DNA from: Octopus sinensis
Lineage: Eukaryota
Assembly: GCF_006345805.1 (NCBI RefSeq)
Contig: NC_042998.1
Location: 16,802,001-16,866,000, forward strand
Length of the DNA stretch: 64,000 nt
Direction: 5' to 3'
Shown: positions 1 through 13,608 of the stretch, in pieces
Layout: each line of letters opens with the position of its first letter
Position numbering within the stretch: position 1 is the first letter of the stretch
Position numbers and translations under genes: made by a program
Notes under the pieces: generated by a model
Seen by the model: only the letters and a program-made list of their open reading frames with translations
Told to the model about the DNA's origin: nothing
Databases searched by the model: none

Positions 1-345
1 AAAAAAGAGATGAGTTGAGGGAAAAAGCTGATGTCGCCAGGAATTTTCCAAGCATTTAAAGATTCATGAGAAAATTAGCTTACTCTCTTGTCTAATTTGA
101 TCCGTTTTGATCCACTGTGTGATCTGTGTGCGTACGTATCTTGATATGTGTGTTAGCATGTGTACCCAAATATCCTACGATGTTGAAATTATATACATAT
201 ATAAACATAAATACAGTTTTAGAGACAGAACCACATTCCACTCAATCAACACTGAAAGATTTTATACCCAACCACTCCATAACATGTTAAATATTAAATC
301 TTATACTAACTATATCTATTCTGAATCCCGTATTTTCCGTTTATA

Positions 346-445
346 AGACTACACGTGTTTCATGGAAGTATGTCAGTATTGATTAGATACGAGGTATCCA
401 GTTTCAATAATAAATTGGGTCGACACATTCCCAATCTTCAGGTCT
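346..445 (-). ncRNA. Type I hammerhead ribozyme-like motif with long stem II
   Basis: Minus strand reads AGAC-CUGAAGA-U-UGGGAAUGUGUC...GACAUACUUCCA-U-GAAAC-ACGU-GUA|GUCU. Stem I is AGAC/GUCU, stem II is an extended hairpin, stem III is the palindrome ACACGUGU, and the triplet is GUA. Confidence 0.7.
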
Positions 446-1641
446 GGATTCCTTAACATTTTTCATTACCTATACCACTTATATATATCTATGATTCACT
501 ATATCTTCAATATAATCTTATTTAACATATACAAATGAATAGAAATACAAATAATAAATAAAAATAATAACTGAATATTAAAAAATTAAGGATTGAAAAT
601 TTAAGGAATAAAAATTCGAGGAATAAACTTTCTATGAATATTTGGTTGTGTCTTTGATGCATATATACACACGCACATACGTATTGACACACATACGTAT
701 AGAAGACGTACGAAATATCTAGATAATACCAAACTTAAATTGCCATTTAATTACTTCCTCACTCATATTAATATTCTTCACTCATATTAAAAAGCTAGGA
801 GTCATTTTGAAATAAAAATACGTTTTGCGCTGGATGGATAAATTAATGATAATGATAATGGTTAATTTTCCCCAAAGCTCCGATAACTGCCGTTGCTTAT
901 ATATGTTACTACAATTAATGCTTAACTTGCTTTAGAATACGGGAATACTTTATGAAATTGAATATACCGTACTGCTAACACAAAGTAAAACATAATATTG
1001 ACTTGAAAGCCTGTAATATAGTAGTAAAATGGTTTATTTCTTCACATTTTAACTTAGCATTTGCTTTTGTACCACTCGCGTGACTGTATCTCTTCTACAG
1101 ATAAGTAAATCGCACTCACGCACTAACGCATTTAATATTACAAACATAATGGTGTTCAATGCAGCTATGTAAACACATTCTTTCTAAACTGATGTTTTGT
1201 ACAGAAACACAGTCATTTGATGACCACTTTGATAATTGATAATCGCTTATTTAGATAAGATTTTTGTGGTTTCCTAACCAATTGATCGGACAGGCCATTT
1301 GCCTATAAAGGAGACTTAAATTGGGCTGCAACAAAGGTTCACAGTCGAATTTACATATTTGTGCTTTTGAAGGGCAGTTATTAATTATGAAATATCAATG
1401 TTCAAAACATTGCGTAAATCAGAAGATCTGGAATAAATTTAACAACTGATTGGAGCAGTCAACAAACCGTTAAACGTTACTTCAAAAAACATAGCCCACC
1501 CTAACTTTCTGCTTAACTATATCATAGAAAAATGTATTTACATTGTTTAACCTGATTTCTATATTATTTAGTGAGCATAATAGATTGACGATTGATGCTG
1601 CATTGTCATGCAGTGTGCCTGTGTGCATGTGTGTAAGTGTG

Positions 1642-1718
<77 letters not shown>

Positions 1719-2515
1719 GTGTGTGTATGTGTGTTAACTTCTTCACTCGTGTATTGAGTAATAATTATGAAATTTATCAACATCGATTGTGTCAATTTTA
1801 GCGATAGTATTATGTGTTTACACATACACACACATTAAAGAAGAGCATTTATATGACTATATGTATGTGTGTGTGTGTGCGTGCCTGTATGTGTGTGTGC
1901 GTGTGTGGCAGATAATAGCTATAAGAGATGATGAAGGGGTGATTGTCGATGTGTGTGTATATATATATATATATATATACTCAACACAGAATGATAGGAA
2001 AATAAGAAAGGGATACTGATATACATAAATAATAGTGACGAACTTTGTTATGAAAGCCCGGCAGAATTCGTAAAATCAGTTTTTCAATCAATGGACAACA
2101 TTTTAACCTTTGTATATACGTGAAGACAAAAGTGGAGAAAAAGTAGATCAGGGAAGGAAAATTTAAGCAACAGTAATACAGCAATAAAATAGTAAGAGAT
2201 GCATATTTTGAAATTATAAAATATAACAGTTTTATAACTTCAATGAAAGCTATTAATTTTTAAATAGCTATTTCGTTGGTGAAATTGTCTTTCCTCAGAA
2301 ACTGTGTATCCATAACTTCAGAACTGAAGGATATTTGTAATATATATGCCACCATATGCGTGTTATTAAATTACTTTGGAAAGTGTTTAATAATATTTAA
2401 AAAAAATTAAATCAGTAAAAATAAATCCAATACGGTAGTTAAAAAAATGAACTGGAATAGGATCCAAAGAGCTCATATATAAATAATTGCTTGCAAAAAA
2501 ATAACATGAAGGCAT

Positions 2516-2744
2516 TACTCTTACTCTTTTTACTCTTTTACTTGTTTCAGTCATTTGACTGCGGCCATGCTGGAGCACCGCCTTTAATCGAGCAACTCGA
2601 CCCAGGGACTTATTCTTTTGTAAGCCCAGTACTTATTCTATCGGTCTCTTTTGCCGAACTGCTAAGTAACGGGGACATAAACACACCAGCATCGGTTGTC
2701 AAGCAATGCTAGGGAGACAAACACAGACGCAAAAACACACACGC

Positions 2745-2800
<56 letters not shown>

Positions 2801-2981
2801 ATGTATATACATATATACGACAGGCTTCTTTCAGTTTCCGTCTACCAAATCCACTCACAAGGCTTTGGTCGGCCCGAGGCTATATTAGAAGACACTTGCC
2901 CAAGATGCCACACAGTGGGACTGAACCCGGAACCATGTGGTAGGTAAAGAAGCTACTTACCACACAGCCACTCCTGCGCCT
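2516..2981 (-). mobile_element. tRNA-derived SINE, family A (octopus-type)
   Basis: Minus strand starts GGCGCAGGAGTGGCTGTGTGGTAAG (A box), then GGTTCAGTCCC (B-box-like), an internal (TA)n, and a tail GGTGCTCCAGCATGGCCGCAGTCAAATGACTGAAAC followed by AAAAGAGT-type repeats. At least 5 copies in the window. Confidence 0.9.
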
Positions 2982-4300
2982 ACATTGTATACGAAAACTA
3001 ACGTGTGCAATTTTATAATGTAGCATCCTGGACATTTTCAGAATATAAAGATTACAAATATTTTACTCTGAGTTGCAAATATTATTATATATTCTTATAG
3101 CTACGGATTCCTTTACTGAAATATTATTTTAGGTCTACATGATATCAATTAACATATGCAACATAATACAAGAATAGAAGAAAATCCCAATAACTTTAAT
3201 GAAATCGTTGTTCAGTATGTAATAAGTTTGTTACAAGTTTTCTAAACATGTTATTGCGAAATTCAATTAAATGCTTTAAACTATAGTGCAAGCCATATTT
3301 CCAGAGCCATAGAATATTTGAGGATCTTTCCTGGAATGATGAGAGATTTGTGGTTCGGAATTTATATACATTAGTATCAATTTCTATAAAGTTACATTGA
3401 AGGTAGCAAATAAAATTATGCAACAATTGTCAATACGTTTAATTTGAACAGATATTTGCAATTTTTTTTACCTAGTTTTTCGTCTCATGAAAGCTGTGAT
3501 AGCAAACTATTTTACTAAATGTTCCCTACATTACACAGGATTTTCACACAGAATGTTTCCATAGCAACTCCCCTGTGATAATTGATAACTGTTTACTCGA
3601 TATATTGATCTCAGTAGACTTTGAAAGTTAAAGTACATATTAAATACCCAGAAAGCTCGGATCATTATGAAATAATATTAATTTGGAAAACAGTTCTTCC
3701 TTTAAAATGATTACTACTAGAATGGAATCTTTCGATGGCGTGTTACAGATTTACAGTAGACTACTTGGATCGACTTCATTTCTTCATTTAACATTGAGTG
3801 ATTTCATTCAAGAAGTGTTAACAATGTAGATATAGATAGGCATTCGACATCAGTTTCATATATTTCTCGTTGTTTTGAAGAAAAAATTTACGGATATTAT
3901 AGTGCTTGAAATTACTGAGCTTTTGACCGCATGATTGTGTCCAGTGTGATTAAATTCTTTTGACGCTCACCCAATCCATTTAGGGGGAACTGAATAGAAA
4001 GTTCTTGATATTTCCACAAGTGTATTGATAATCTAGTTTAGTAGCACCTTACGGGATAATCGCAAAGTAGTGGTAGTGTGACATCCTACAAAAAGACGTT
4101 CATTAAATATGCTGAAATTCGGCAACAAAATGATTATGTAAAAAAAAAAAAATATTATTTAACACTGAAATATGTATATTTGTGCATCCGATTTAGCATA
4201 CTGGTGAATCAGTTCTAAATTCCATTTTACAGTATCTCAAGAGGGTATTGCAATTCGCTCTTATATGTGTGTTGTAATTATAATAGATTATTAGATAAAT

Positions 4301-4698
4301 AGAAGTGGCTGTGTGGTATGTAGTTTGCTTAACAACTACAAGGTTCTGGGTTCAGTCCCAATGCGTAGCACTTTTCGCAAGTGTCTCCTACTATAGCCCA
4401 GCGCCGACCAAAGCCTTTTGAGTGGATTTGGTAGAGGGACACTGAAAGAAGCCCGCCGTATATATGTATATATATTTATGAGTGTGTTTGTGTGTCTGTG
4501 TTTGTCCCCCCAACATCGCTTGTCAACCGATACTGGTGGGTTTGCGTCACCGTAACTTAACGGTTCGGCAAAAGAGACCGATAGAATAAGTACTAGGCTT
4601 ACAAAGAATAAGTCCTGGAGTCGATTTGCTCGACTAAAGGTGGTGATCCAGCATGGCCACAGTCAAATGACTGAAACAAGTAAAAGAGTAAAAGTGTA
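4301..4698 (+). mobile_element. SINE family A, more diverged copy
   Basis: Aligns by eye to the 2516-2981 copy along its whole length. Confidence 0.88.
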
Positions 4699-4843
4699 AA
4701 TGTTTTATATAGATTCTATGTCATTTATTCAAAAAGCCATAACAAATATCTTAATTGTTGATCTCCAGGGTCAGTTGTTTTAGAAGTAAGACCCTGCAAC
4801 TGACGGTATGATTTCCATGATTTATCATTTCTTTCTATTTTAG

Positions 4844-4890
4844 GTCAATCTGAGCGTGTCGTCGTTATTGATGACGAGATCAAGTTTTAA
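4844..4890 (+). CDS. Candidate terminal coding exon (xQSERVVVIDDEIKF*)
   Basis: Strong acceptor tttatcatttctttctattttag, a short non-repetitive open frame ending in TAA at 4888-4890, and AATAAA at 4955-4960. No upstream exon identified. Confidence 0.35.
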
Positions 4891-6114
4891 GGTTTCTGAT
4901 CAAAGGTGCAGACAAATGTTTTATCGCTTGCATTGTGTATTTTTGTTCCCCACCAATAAAATCTATGTCAAAAAAGCTCCACGGTGTTTGATTCATAGTA
5001 GAAATATTTTAAAATACATTATATATGTGGGTTCGTTCAGAAAATGAAATTCTGTCTAGTAAAAATATTAAATGAACGTTACACCTATAGAATCAGCCAT
5101 ATGTGCAACATTCTTGTTTCGTGCTCGTAACAAATATGAAATAGCTTAACTTTATTATATCTATTATCACCATAATGATTATATTCCTTGCGCAGTTAAA
5201 TGTTATTGTTGTTCTCGATATTTCATAACTTCTGTTAGTATACAATTATCAAATGAATCATATAAGTATGATAGGAATGAGTTTTACTTATTGCATTAAT
5301 GCAGAACATGTGATTTGAACTAGCCGACTTGTAAAAGATTTCTGAGCGCTCATTGTGCTAGAGACTAATACATTACTACTGAGATTTACTCTATGGAAAT
5401 AGAATCGTAGAAAATTCTCTCTCTAATGATGAAGAACTAAATAAATCATACTATTGCTGAGTTTTGAACAACTATTTGGAGTAACAAAGATATTTAGATA
5501 TGCTGGAAATGAAAATGAATACAAATTAATATTTGCGTAAAGAAATTAATATATTTGATATATAAGCGAACATTACATAAATTTATTTGAAATAGATTTT
5601 GAAGTGCCAACTTTGCGATTTTTACTTCAGTCTCTAGTACGTATGCTCACTTGTTAAAAAGCAATTAATGAAAGTTAGAGGTATAAAGTTAGATATACAT
5701 TAGACGCGACAGAAATTTTATTTTTGCTTTTTGTCTATTAATTTCTATGTGTTATTTAGAGATATTTCTATTTAATAACACACATTTGATAAAATATATC
5801 TTATTTACATAAGTTAAATCGTTAACTTAATACCTGAATTTATAAATGGCCTATAGGAATCGATTCAACATAATACAGTGGTGATTTACATTGAAGAGAC
5901 GTTTACCTATCACAAATGATTTTTTATTGTTTTGTACATTGCGAGCAACATTAAATGCAACAAAATCTAACTATTTTATAAAGATATACAAATAATAACC
6001 ATATATATATAATCTCTATTTCTCTTACTAGTGCCAGCGAGACGATCAGGACTCCATGCTGGAGCACCACCTTTCAGTGTGATTGGTTTGTTTTCTGTAT
6101 TCAATTTCTGTTTT

Positions 6115-6538
6115 CTTTCTTTTATCTTTTATCTTTTACTTGTTTCAGTTATTTGACTGCGGCCATGCTGGAGCACTGCCTTTAGTCGAGCAAATCGACC
6201 CCGGGACTTATTCTTTGTAAGCCCAGTACTTATTCTGTCGGTCTCTTTTTGCCGAACCGCTAAGTGACGGGGACGTAAACACACCAGCATCGGTTGTCAA
6301 GCAATGCTAGGGGGACAAACACAGACACACAAACACACACGCATACATATATATATATATATATATACATATATACGACAGGCTTCTTTCAGTTTCCGTC
6401 TACCAAATCCACTCACAAGGCTTGGTCGGCCCGGGGCTATAGCAGAAGACACTTTCCCAAGATGCCACGCAGTGGGACAGAACCCGGAACCATGTGGTTG
6501 GTTAGCAAGCTACTTACCACACAGCCACTCCTGTGCCT
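6115..6538 (-). mobile_element. SINE family A
   Basis: Near-identical to the 2516-2981 and 20892-21297 copies. Confidence 0.9.
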
Positions 6539-6943
6539 ATATGTTTATATGATATCATGATAAAAATTTCTCAGATGCAATTTGAAAACCACCACATCAA
6601 CACCCCGCACATCTTTGAGGTTGCTTTGCAAGAATTCTGAATAATTATGGATTCTTTAATCACAATGTTTCTGCACTGCAGCCTTATTTTAGATGGAGAG
6701 GATGGGATATTCGATGCTATGCAATGCCGTCGGGCGCGGTTGTTGGCACACATTACAAATCTGAGAGCTAGTCATTCCAGTATATTCCATATGCAATACG
6801 CTGTATATTTCCACTGAGTAGCACATTTATTTCACGGAGTTAATCTTGCTTGTGCCGTTACACTATATTGACTCAAGTTCCGCGGATAGTTTTACGTCGG
6901 GAGGAGAGTATGCATTTGAATATGTATGTATATATATATATAT

Positions 6944-6981
<38 letters not shown>

Positions 6982-7920
6982 TTGATACATACACACCACA
7001 CACTCACACACACACATATGTATATATACATACATACATATACCTATATATTTTCCAAGACAAATACATGGCACAGTTTCTTCCTTCCTCGATACATTGG
7101 CAACAGCATAGAAGGAAATATTTTGACGAATGGGAAAATTTAAAAATCGATAACACAGTATATATTTATATTCTTAATTTCTCTACTGCGGAAATATATA
7201 GTTATCATCTTCGCATTCAACATACTTCTATAGATATATGTAAATTAATTTAATTATATATTTTCATTCAAATCTGACAACGATGTTTATTTTAACAACA
7301 TCATATAATCATCGTTTAAACATATGCTATGGAATCAGAATTAATCTTTAGTGGACATATATTTGAACGAAATCTGAAATCCGAAATGCGCTCCTTTGAT
7401 GTATATTTCATTCATATTTGTGTGTATGTATGTTTGTGACTGTCAGAGGAAGAGAGAGGATAGGAGAAGGAGAGAGAATACGTGTGAATCTTATTGTCTT
7501 GTTTATTGAATAGCTTACAATGTTCAGTTTGCGCAAGCTAATGATGACCTCATAGACAAATCTTACCCAACGTGTAAACGGCATACTGTACAACACTATA
7601 TTCTCTTTTCTATCAAACTTTGACACTATCTAAATTCGCCCATATCTCTTATGCCTGTAAAGTTGATACATCTTAGGCCTGTAAAGGACTGTAAATTAAA
7701 CTGAAACCTGAATCGATAATTATTATGCCCTTCAAATTCTAAAACATTTTGAAGGAAGAATTGACAAATTTTCATATAAATTTTTTATGCTTCACTTATA
7801 TACTTACATATAAGAAACATTTATATTGCTCTATATATACATACTCAGACACATATATGTGTCTACGTTTTATAAATAATAAATATATAAATGAATAAAT
7901 ATATATATATAAATAAATAA

Positions 7921-7951
<31 letters not shown>

Positions 7952-7957
7952 TAATAT

Positions 7958-8008
<51 letters not shown>

Positions 8009-8169
8009 AATATACATTTACATATAGCTATCTATGTATGGATACTTTATTTTGATATATGTAACTCATTAATTAGGAATCGAAAATTTTCTTTCGTATA
8101 TTTTTTTCTGAAAACATGTGGTCAGTTAGAAAGGATGAACATCTGATGTGACATTTTAGGAATGTCTGA

Positions 8170-8480
8170 TGATAGTTTTACTGTGTGGAAACTTTGCAAA
8201 ACTTTTGTAGCGTCCATATTCATATTAATGTCATTTGTTTCTTTCACAATGACGTCCATGTTTGTCAAGAAAATATATTATATTTAGTTGGGCCGTCCAG
8301 ATTCTTTACCAAGCAATTCGGGATCCAGCAAAGTATACAGTTCCGAGAGCTCTTGGAGATAAATCTAGAAACAATAAAAAATTTGATATTTTGGACAACT
8401 GAAAGCTAAGATAAAAGAAACACAATCCATAGGATATTGAGGGAGGTAATAAATTATTCACAATGTGTTGTCAAAATATT
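8170..8480 (+). mobile_element. Possible highly decayed Penelope-like GIY-YIG remnant
   Basis: Weak NVI..C..Y.VG pattern followed by a CT-rich tract, as in the other PLE ends here. Heavily frameshifted. Confidence 0.25.
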
Positions 8481-9320
8481 TCGTCACACTTCCAATGATT
8501 TCCTTCTATTGTTTTACTTATTCTCTCAAATATTCTTGAAATAAACCCTTTGTCTTACTTCCCATACTCTCATTAATATTTCACTCAATATTCTCTTATT
8601 TCCAAATTTTCGATACATTTTCTATTCCTATAAACACGAATTTTTCGTTCGAACTAACGTACATACATTAGTTCTCACTCACCATTCACTATCTTCGAAT
8701 TTGCAGCTCATTTATTGTTGTAGCATAATACTCTCTCCCTCTTTATCTCTCCCTCTCTTTATCTCACTTTCTTTCTCTCTCTCTCTCTCTCTTTCTCTCA
8801 CTCTCTTATTCCCTTCCTTTGACTCCTATACTGCACCCTTTCTCCAGCCTCAAGAACAATTTCACTGAAACATAGAGTCATGACACGCATACACACCCAC
8901 GCATTCACACTGACATGCACACGTCCTTACATGCACTTATACATACGAATATGTAGATTAGTGTGAGTGCCCATAAAATATATATCTCATCCAATGCAGA
9001 GCGAACTATGAGAGAAGATGGCCTGATGCGAAGTAGCGTATGAGAATATAGTTGCACATGGTTATATCACATGCACATACCAAACCCGCGTCATTTCAAA
9101 TTAAACCAATCGGAATAAACTGGAAATGTTCGCTTTTTCTGTCCAGGACACAATATAAACATATAAATAAAATAAACAGATAGATATACTTGCCAAATAG
9201 ATATACTTGTTATTTAGCAAGTGAAGAGAAAAGCATCCTGAAATATGATAGTATCTCTTTCAACACAAGATTTCACATTGAAGAGTCTTGCAAAGCAAAG
9301 TTCATAAACACACTATAATA

Positions 9321-9369
<49 letters not shown>

Positions 9370-9523
9370 TATTTGTGTGAGCAAGAGGTGAGGAACCAAC
9401 GAAAGAATAGTACGTATTCAATATGCTGCTGGTAGTGTACCCAATTATTCATAGTCCACTGGTAGTTATTGCATGGCAATCTCGCAATTGAGTATTATAC
9501 ACACACGAATATATACATATACA

Positions 9524-9590
9524 CACAGTCTTCCTTCAGTTTCCGTGTACGAAATCCACTCAGAAAGCTTTGGTCGGCTTGAGTCTCCAT
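9524..9590 (-). mobile_element. SINE family A fragment
   Basis: cttccttcagtttccgtgtacgaaatccactcagaaagctttggtcggc matches the family A body. Confidence 0.7.
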
Positions 9591-9600
9591 AAATGGACTC

Positions 9601-9643
<43 letters not shown>

Positions 9644-9650
9644 TATGTAA

Positions 9651-9707
<57 letters not shown>

Positions 9708-9745
9708 ATATATCTATATATATATACATATATATATATATACAC

Positions 9746-9778
<33 letters not shown>

Positions 9779-9849
9779 ATATAATATATATATATATTAT
9801 ATATATATATATATATATAATCAAAATAAGCATCAAGAATGACTCCGGT

Positions 9850-9940
9850 AATTTGTTACGATCGTTTCGTACTACATCATTTTATTAAATGTTGTAAGTA
9901 TTACAACAGATTTAAGATGCTGAGTACTCATCAGCCAATT
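9850..9940 (-). ncRNA. Type I hammerhead ribozyme-like motif with canonical core
   Basis: Minus strand reads AAUUGG-CUGAUGA-GUACU...AGUAC-GAAAC-GAUC-GUA|ACAAAUU. Canonical G10.1-C11.1 pair, multi-segment stem II (gcauc/gaugu, uuaaau/auuuaa, guuguaa/uuacaac), palindrome ACGAUCGU. Stem I has mismatches. Confidence 0.72.
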
Positions 9941-10628
9941 ATAGAAGTTTTCCATTGATACAAAAATTTTCAAATCAAGTGGCAACATAATAGAGAAGGT
10001 AGATATACAGACAAAGATGGGGATTTAAATTTTAAGAACATATGAGGTAGTGAAGTCCTTCCACTGACTGACTAAGATATGGTTGTTCCTAACTGCTGTA
10101 AGGTTAGAAGCAATAAAGATTTTTTAATTGTAGAAATGGGGTAAAGGAGGTTTCAGAACTCCATAAAAGGAATTCATGTTGAAGACATCAATTGCCACTA
10201 ATACGTATATGTATATCTATGTATATATATATATATATATGTGAATATGTATATATACATTGAACATATCTCGGGGATATTTTTCAATTTACTGTATTTC
10301 AATTAAAAACACAATTTAATTGACAACATTGCTGCAGCCTAATTAAATTTTATTTTTTAGTAGTAGAATGTGGAAATCAATCCAGATATGTGTTAGAGCC
10401 CCAACAGACTAGGATATAATTTTGAAACTTGGGTCCCGCTACGTGCATTGAACCAGTGAGAAAAAACTGATAATATTTATGTTACTGATTTCAAGTAAAG
10501 AATGAAATATTTCTTCGATATTTCAAAAACCAAGTTGCCTGAAATACAGAGACATAACGCAGTCAGAATTCGTGTGTATATATGTGTGTGTGTGTATGAA
10601 TGTGTATGATTGTGTGTGTGTGTGCGTG

Positions 10629-10690
<62 letters not shown>

Positions 10691-10725
10691 TATCTATATA
10701 TAATATATATATATATACATATATA

Positions 10726-10814
<89 letters not shown>

Positions 10815-10944
10815 ATGTGTGTGTGTGTATAATATATATATATCGAAGATTCGGGAGTGGTAAATATCCAAGCGATGATTATGCCGCCGGTTATTCTTCC
10901 AGGCCAGAATATCACGATAAACTTTCACTTTATCAAGATTTCTG

Positions 10945-11030
10945 TGGCCTGAAGAGTAGGCTATAGTATACACCCTCCCTTGGATATATTCCACTTCCGA
11001 GATCTGCTCTCTATGAAACATATTTAGACA
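10945..11030 (+). ncRNA. Degenerate hammerhead-like motif, same family as 23247-23330
   Basis: GGC-CTGAAGA-GTAGG...CTGCTC...GAAAC-ATAT-TTA-GAC, within a ~210-bp island flanked by (TA)n. Confidence 0.45.
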
Positions 11031-11061
11031 GCATCTTATATACTCCATTCCTTTCTTCTTA

Positions 11062-11144
<83 letters not shown>

Positions 11145-11277
11145 TATAATGTGAGTGTTTATATTGTATGTTATTTGTGTATGTGTTAAATATATATTAT
11201 ATATATATATATCATATATTATTATAATATATACATATATATACATACACACACATACATATATATAATATATATAT

Positions 11278-11560
11278 TAGTTTCAGTCCACGGACTACGG
11301 CAATGGTTGGACACAACTGTTTACATTGCTACACGTTTAATGAACCACCTCTGGTATCTGACATTTGGTGGATGAGTTACATTTATGTTGCAGCCATCAA
11401 CCGTCTCTCATGTCTTTTGCAGTTTTGAACAAAGCCGACATCCACGCTATCCAGGTCTCTCAGGCTTTCCGGGAAGGTAATGAAGAGCTGTGGGCCTATA
11501 GAGCCCAAACTGTTGCTGTAACTGGCTCTGTATCCTAATGATACAATGCGAGGCGCTTCG
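11278..11560 (-). mobile_element. 3' fragment of a CR1/L2-group-like LINE
   Basis: Translation YSNSLGSIGPQLFITFPESLRDLDSVDVGF is homologous to 25385-25675, and a diverged 3' tail is present. Confidence 0.7.
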
Positions 11561-11905
11561 TCTTGATTATTATGTAACTGACAATGCCAAAGAATCATTG
11601 TAATCAATTGATTCCCCTTCCTTCATCTTAAGTGTTAGCCTCGACCTTTAACCAATAAAATGGCAGTGAGTTGACAGAATCATTATAGCATCGGATGAAA
11701 TATCTCGTAGAATTTGCTCCAGCTTTTGACCCTTTCCATTCCAATTCCAACACTTATTAATACGCTGTGGCCACGGTGGGCGCCACACTTGAAGGGCTTA
11801 GTTCGTTATTTTTGTCCGACTTTTCAAAACGTATAATACTTACATACATATATACACACGCACACACAGACACACACACAGACACACACAGACACAGACA
11901 CAGAT

Positions 11906-11963
<58 letters not shown>

Positions 11964-11975
11964 TATATATATAGA

Positions 11976-12202
11976 TTCTTTACTTGCCCACAAGGGGCTA
12001 AACATAGAGGGGACAAACAAGGACAGACAAAGGGATTAAGTCGATTACATCGACCCCAGTGCGAAACTGGTGCTTTATTTATCGACCCCGAAAGGATGAA
12101 AGGCAAAGTCGACCTCGGCGGAATTTTGACTCACAACGTAACGACAGACGAAATACCGCTAAGCATTTCGCACGACACGCTAACGTTTCTGCCAGCTCGC
12201 CC
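11976..12202 (-). mobile_element. SINE family B
   Basis: Head GGCGAGCTGGCAGAAACGTTAGC, body GAGGTCGACTTTGCCTTTCATCCTTTCGGGGTCGATAAA. Further copies at 30.4-31.0 kb and 36.3 kb. Confidence 0.88.
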
Positions 12203-12211
12203 TCTCTTATA

Positions 12212-12362
12212 GTGAGAATTTACAAAAAGGAAAAACAGACGAAGACGGGTGTGTAAACAACAAACAAATGTGTTAGTTTAACGCTCGGGATGTGAGAAAG
12301 TCTTTTACATTTCGAGCCTATGCTCTTCGACAGAAAGGAACACAGAACTAATCAGGGAGAGA
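12212..12362 (-). mobile_element. Penelope-like terminal repeat (family H) with hammerhead-like motif at 12301-12337
   Basis: Minus strand CUUU-CUGUCGA-AGAGCAUAGGCUC-GAAAU-GUA-AAAG. Homologous to the 15.0, 15.2, 20.3, 27.2, 37.2 and 62.3 kb copies. Confidence 0.7.
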
Positions 12363-12858
12363 AACCTACATATGTGTGTGTGTGCGTGTGTGTGTGTGTG
12401 TTTCTTTACGTATGTTGTATATAACTTAATGTGTTTTCTTTGCATTTTATCCTCTGGTGTGTGATAAGATAAGTATCATTTGAGCACAGGGTCGATGTAA
12501 TCAACACACCCCTTCGTTTAGAATTGTTAGTCTTGTGCCAAAATTTGAAGCTATTGCTCATATGTATTATTTAATTACTTAAACTGTAGCTGAGAGTTTG
12601 CCTCGTATGTTTGCTGCTAAAGCTGCAACCTAAACATTTACTGGAGTCTAGTGCTCTCAATTTTTATAAAACAACGATTGTTTTTATGAAATGCGCATCC
12701 CACAATGCCGGGAACCTCAACTGGTGTTCACAGCATTTTATTGAATTTATAGTCTCCAGCATTCTCCTGAATTCATATATATATATATATTACTATAATT
12801 ATATTATATATATATATATCTATATATATATATAATACATATATATATAATATTATAT

Positions 12859-12902
<44 letters not shown>

Positions 12903-13141
12903 GAGTTTATTCAAAGCAATGAATAGCTATGACGAAACCATGGTATGCATTGTGACTCTTTAATCATATCATAATAATGACTTTTATCTCTACCCCAGTC
13001 CATCTAAATGTATATATATGTCGTTACCTTTCATAAAAAGACTTCTCGTTGTTTTATTACAATGTGCATTTACATTGATTTTTCGTATTTTCCCCTTACA
13101 TTTCCACGTGTATTTTGTATTTTCTTTTTGTAACATATTTC

Positions 13142-13177
<36 letters not shown>

Positions 13178-13183
<6 letters not shown>

Positions 13184-13441
13184 TTCGGAAGAGTCATTTT
13201 GCCAGTTTAGCCAATAAAAACACACGCACTATATATTTGGTGTATTTTTGCTTCAGTGTTATTTTTTTTTTACATTAATCTTAATCTTATTTCGGCCATA
13301 GTTCTTTCGTCACACTCCTGTGACCGCAATAAGATTAAGATTAATGTAACAAATAAATAACACTGAAGCAAAATAACACCAAATATATAGTGCGTGTGTT
13401 TTTTATTGGCTAAACTGGCAAATGACGATTCCGAAATATAA
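13178..13441. repeat. Inverted repeat with ~113-bp arms and ~36-bp spacer
   Basis: 13178-13291 is the near-perfect reverse complement of 13328-13441. Confidence 0.92.
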
Positions 13442-13570
13442 CAATATATGTTTCAACACACGACTTCACATAAAAATCTGGCACACCAACAATATATAAA
13501 CGTATAATTATATATATAATATATATATAGACGTACACACACACACACCACACACACACACACACACACC

Positions 13571-13608
<38 letters not shown>

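Noticed and set aside
6571-6753. 60-aa minus-strand ORF in moderately GC-rich sequence
   Set aside because: No recognisable motif and no convincing splice sites.
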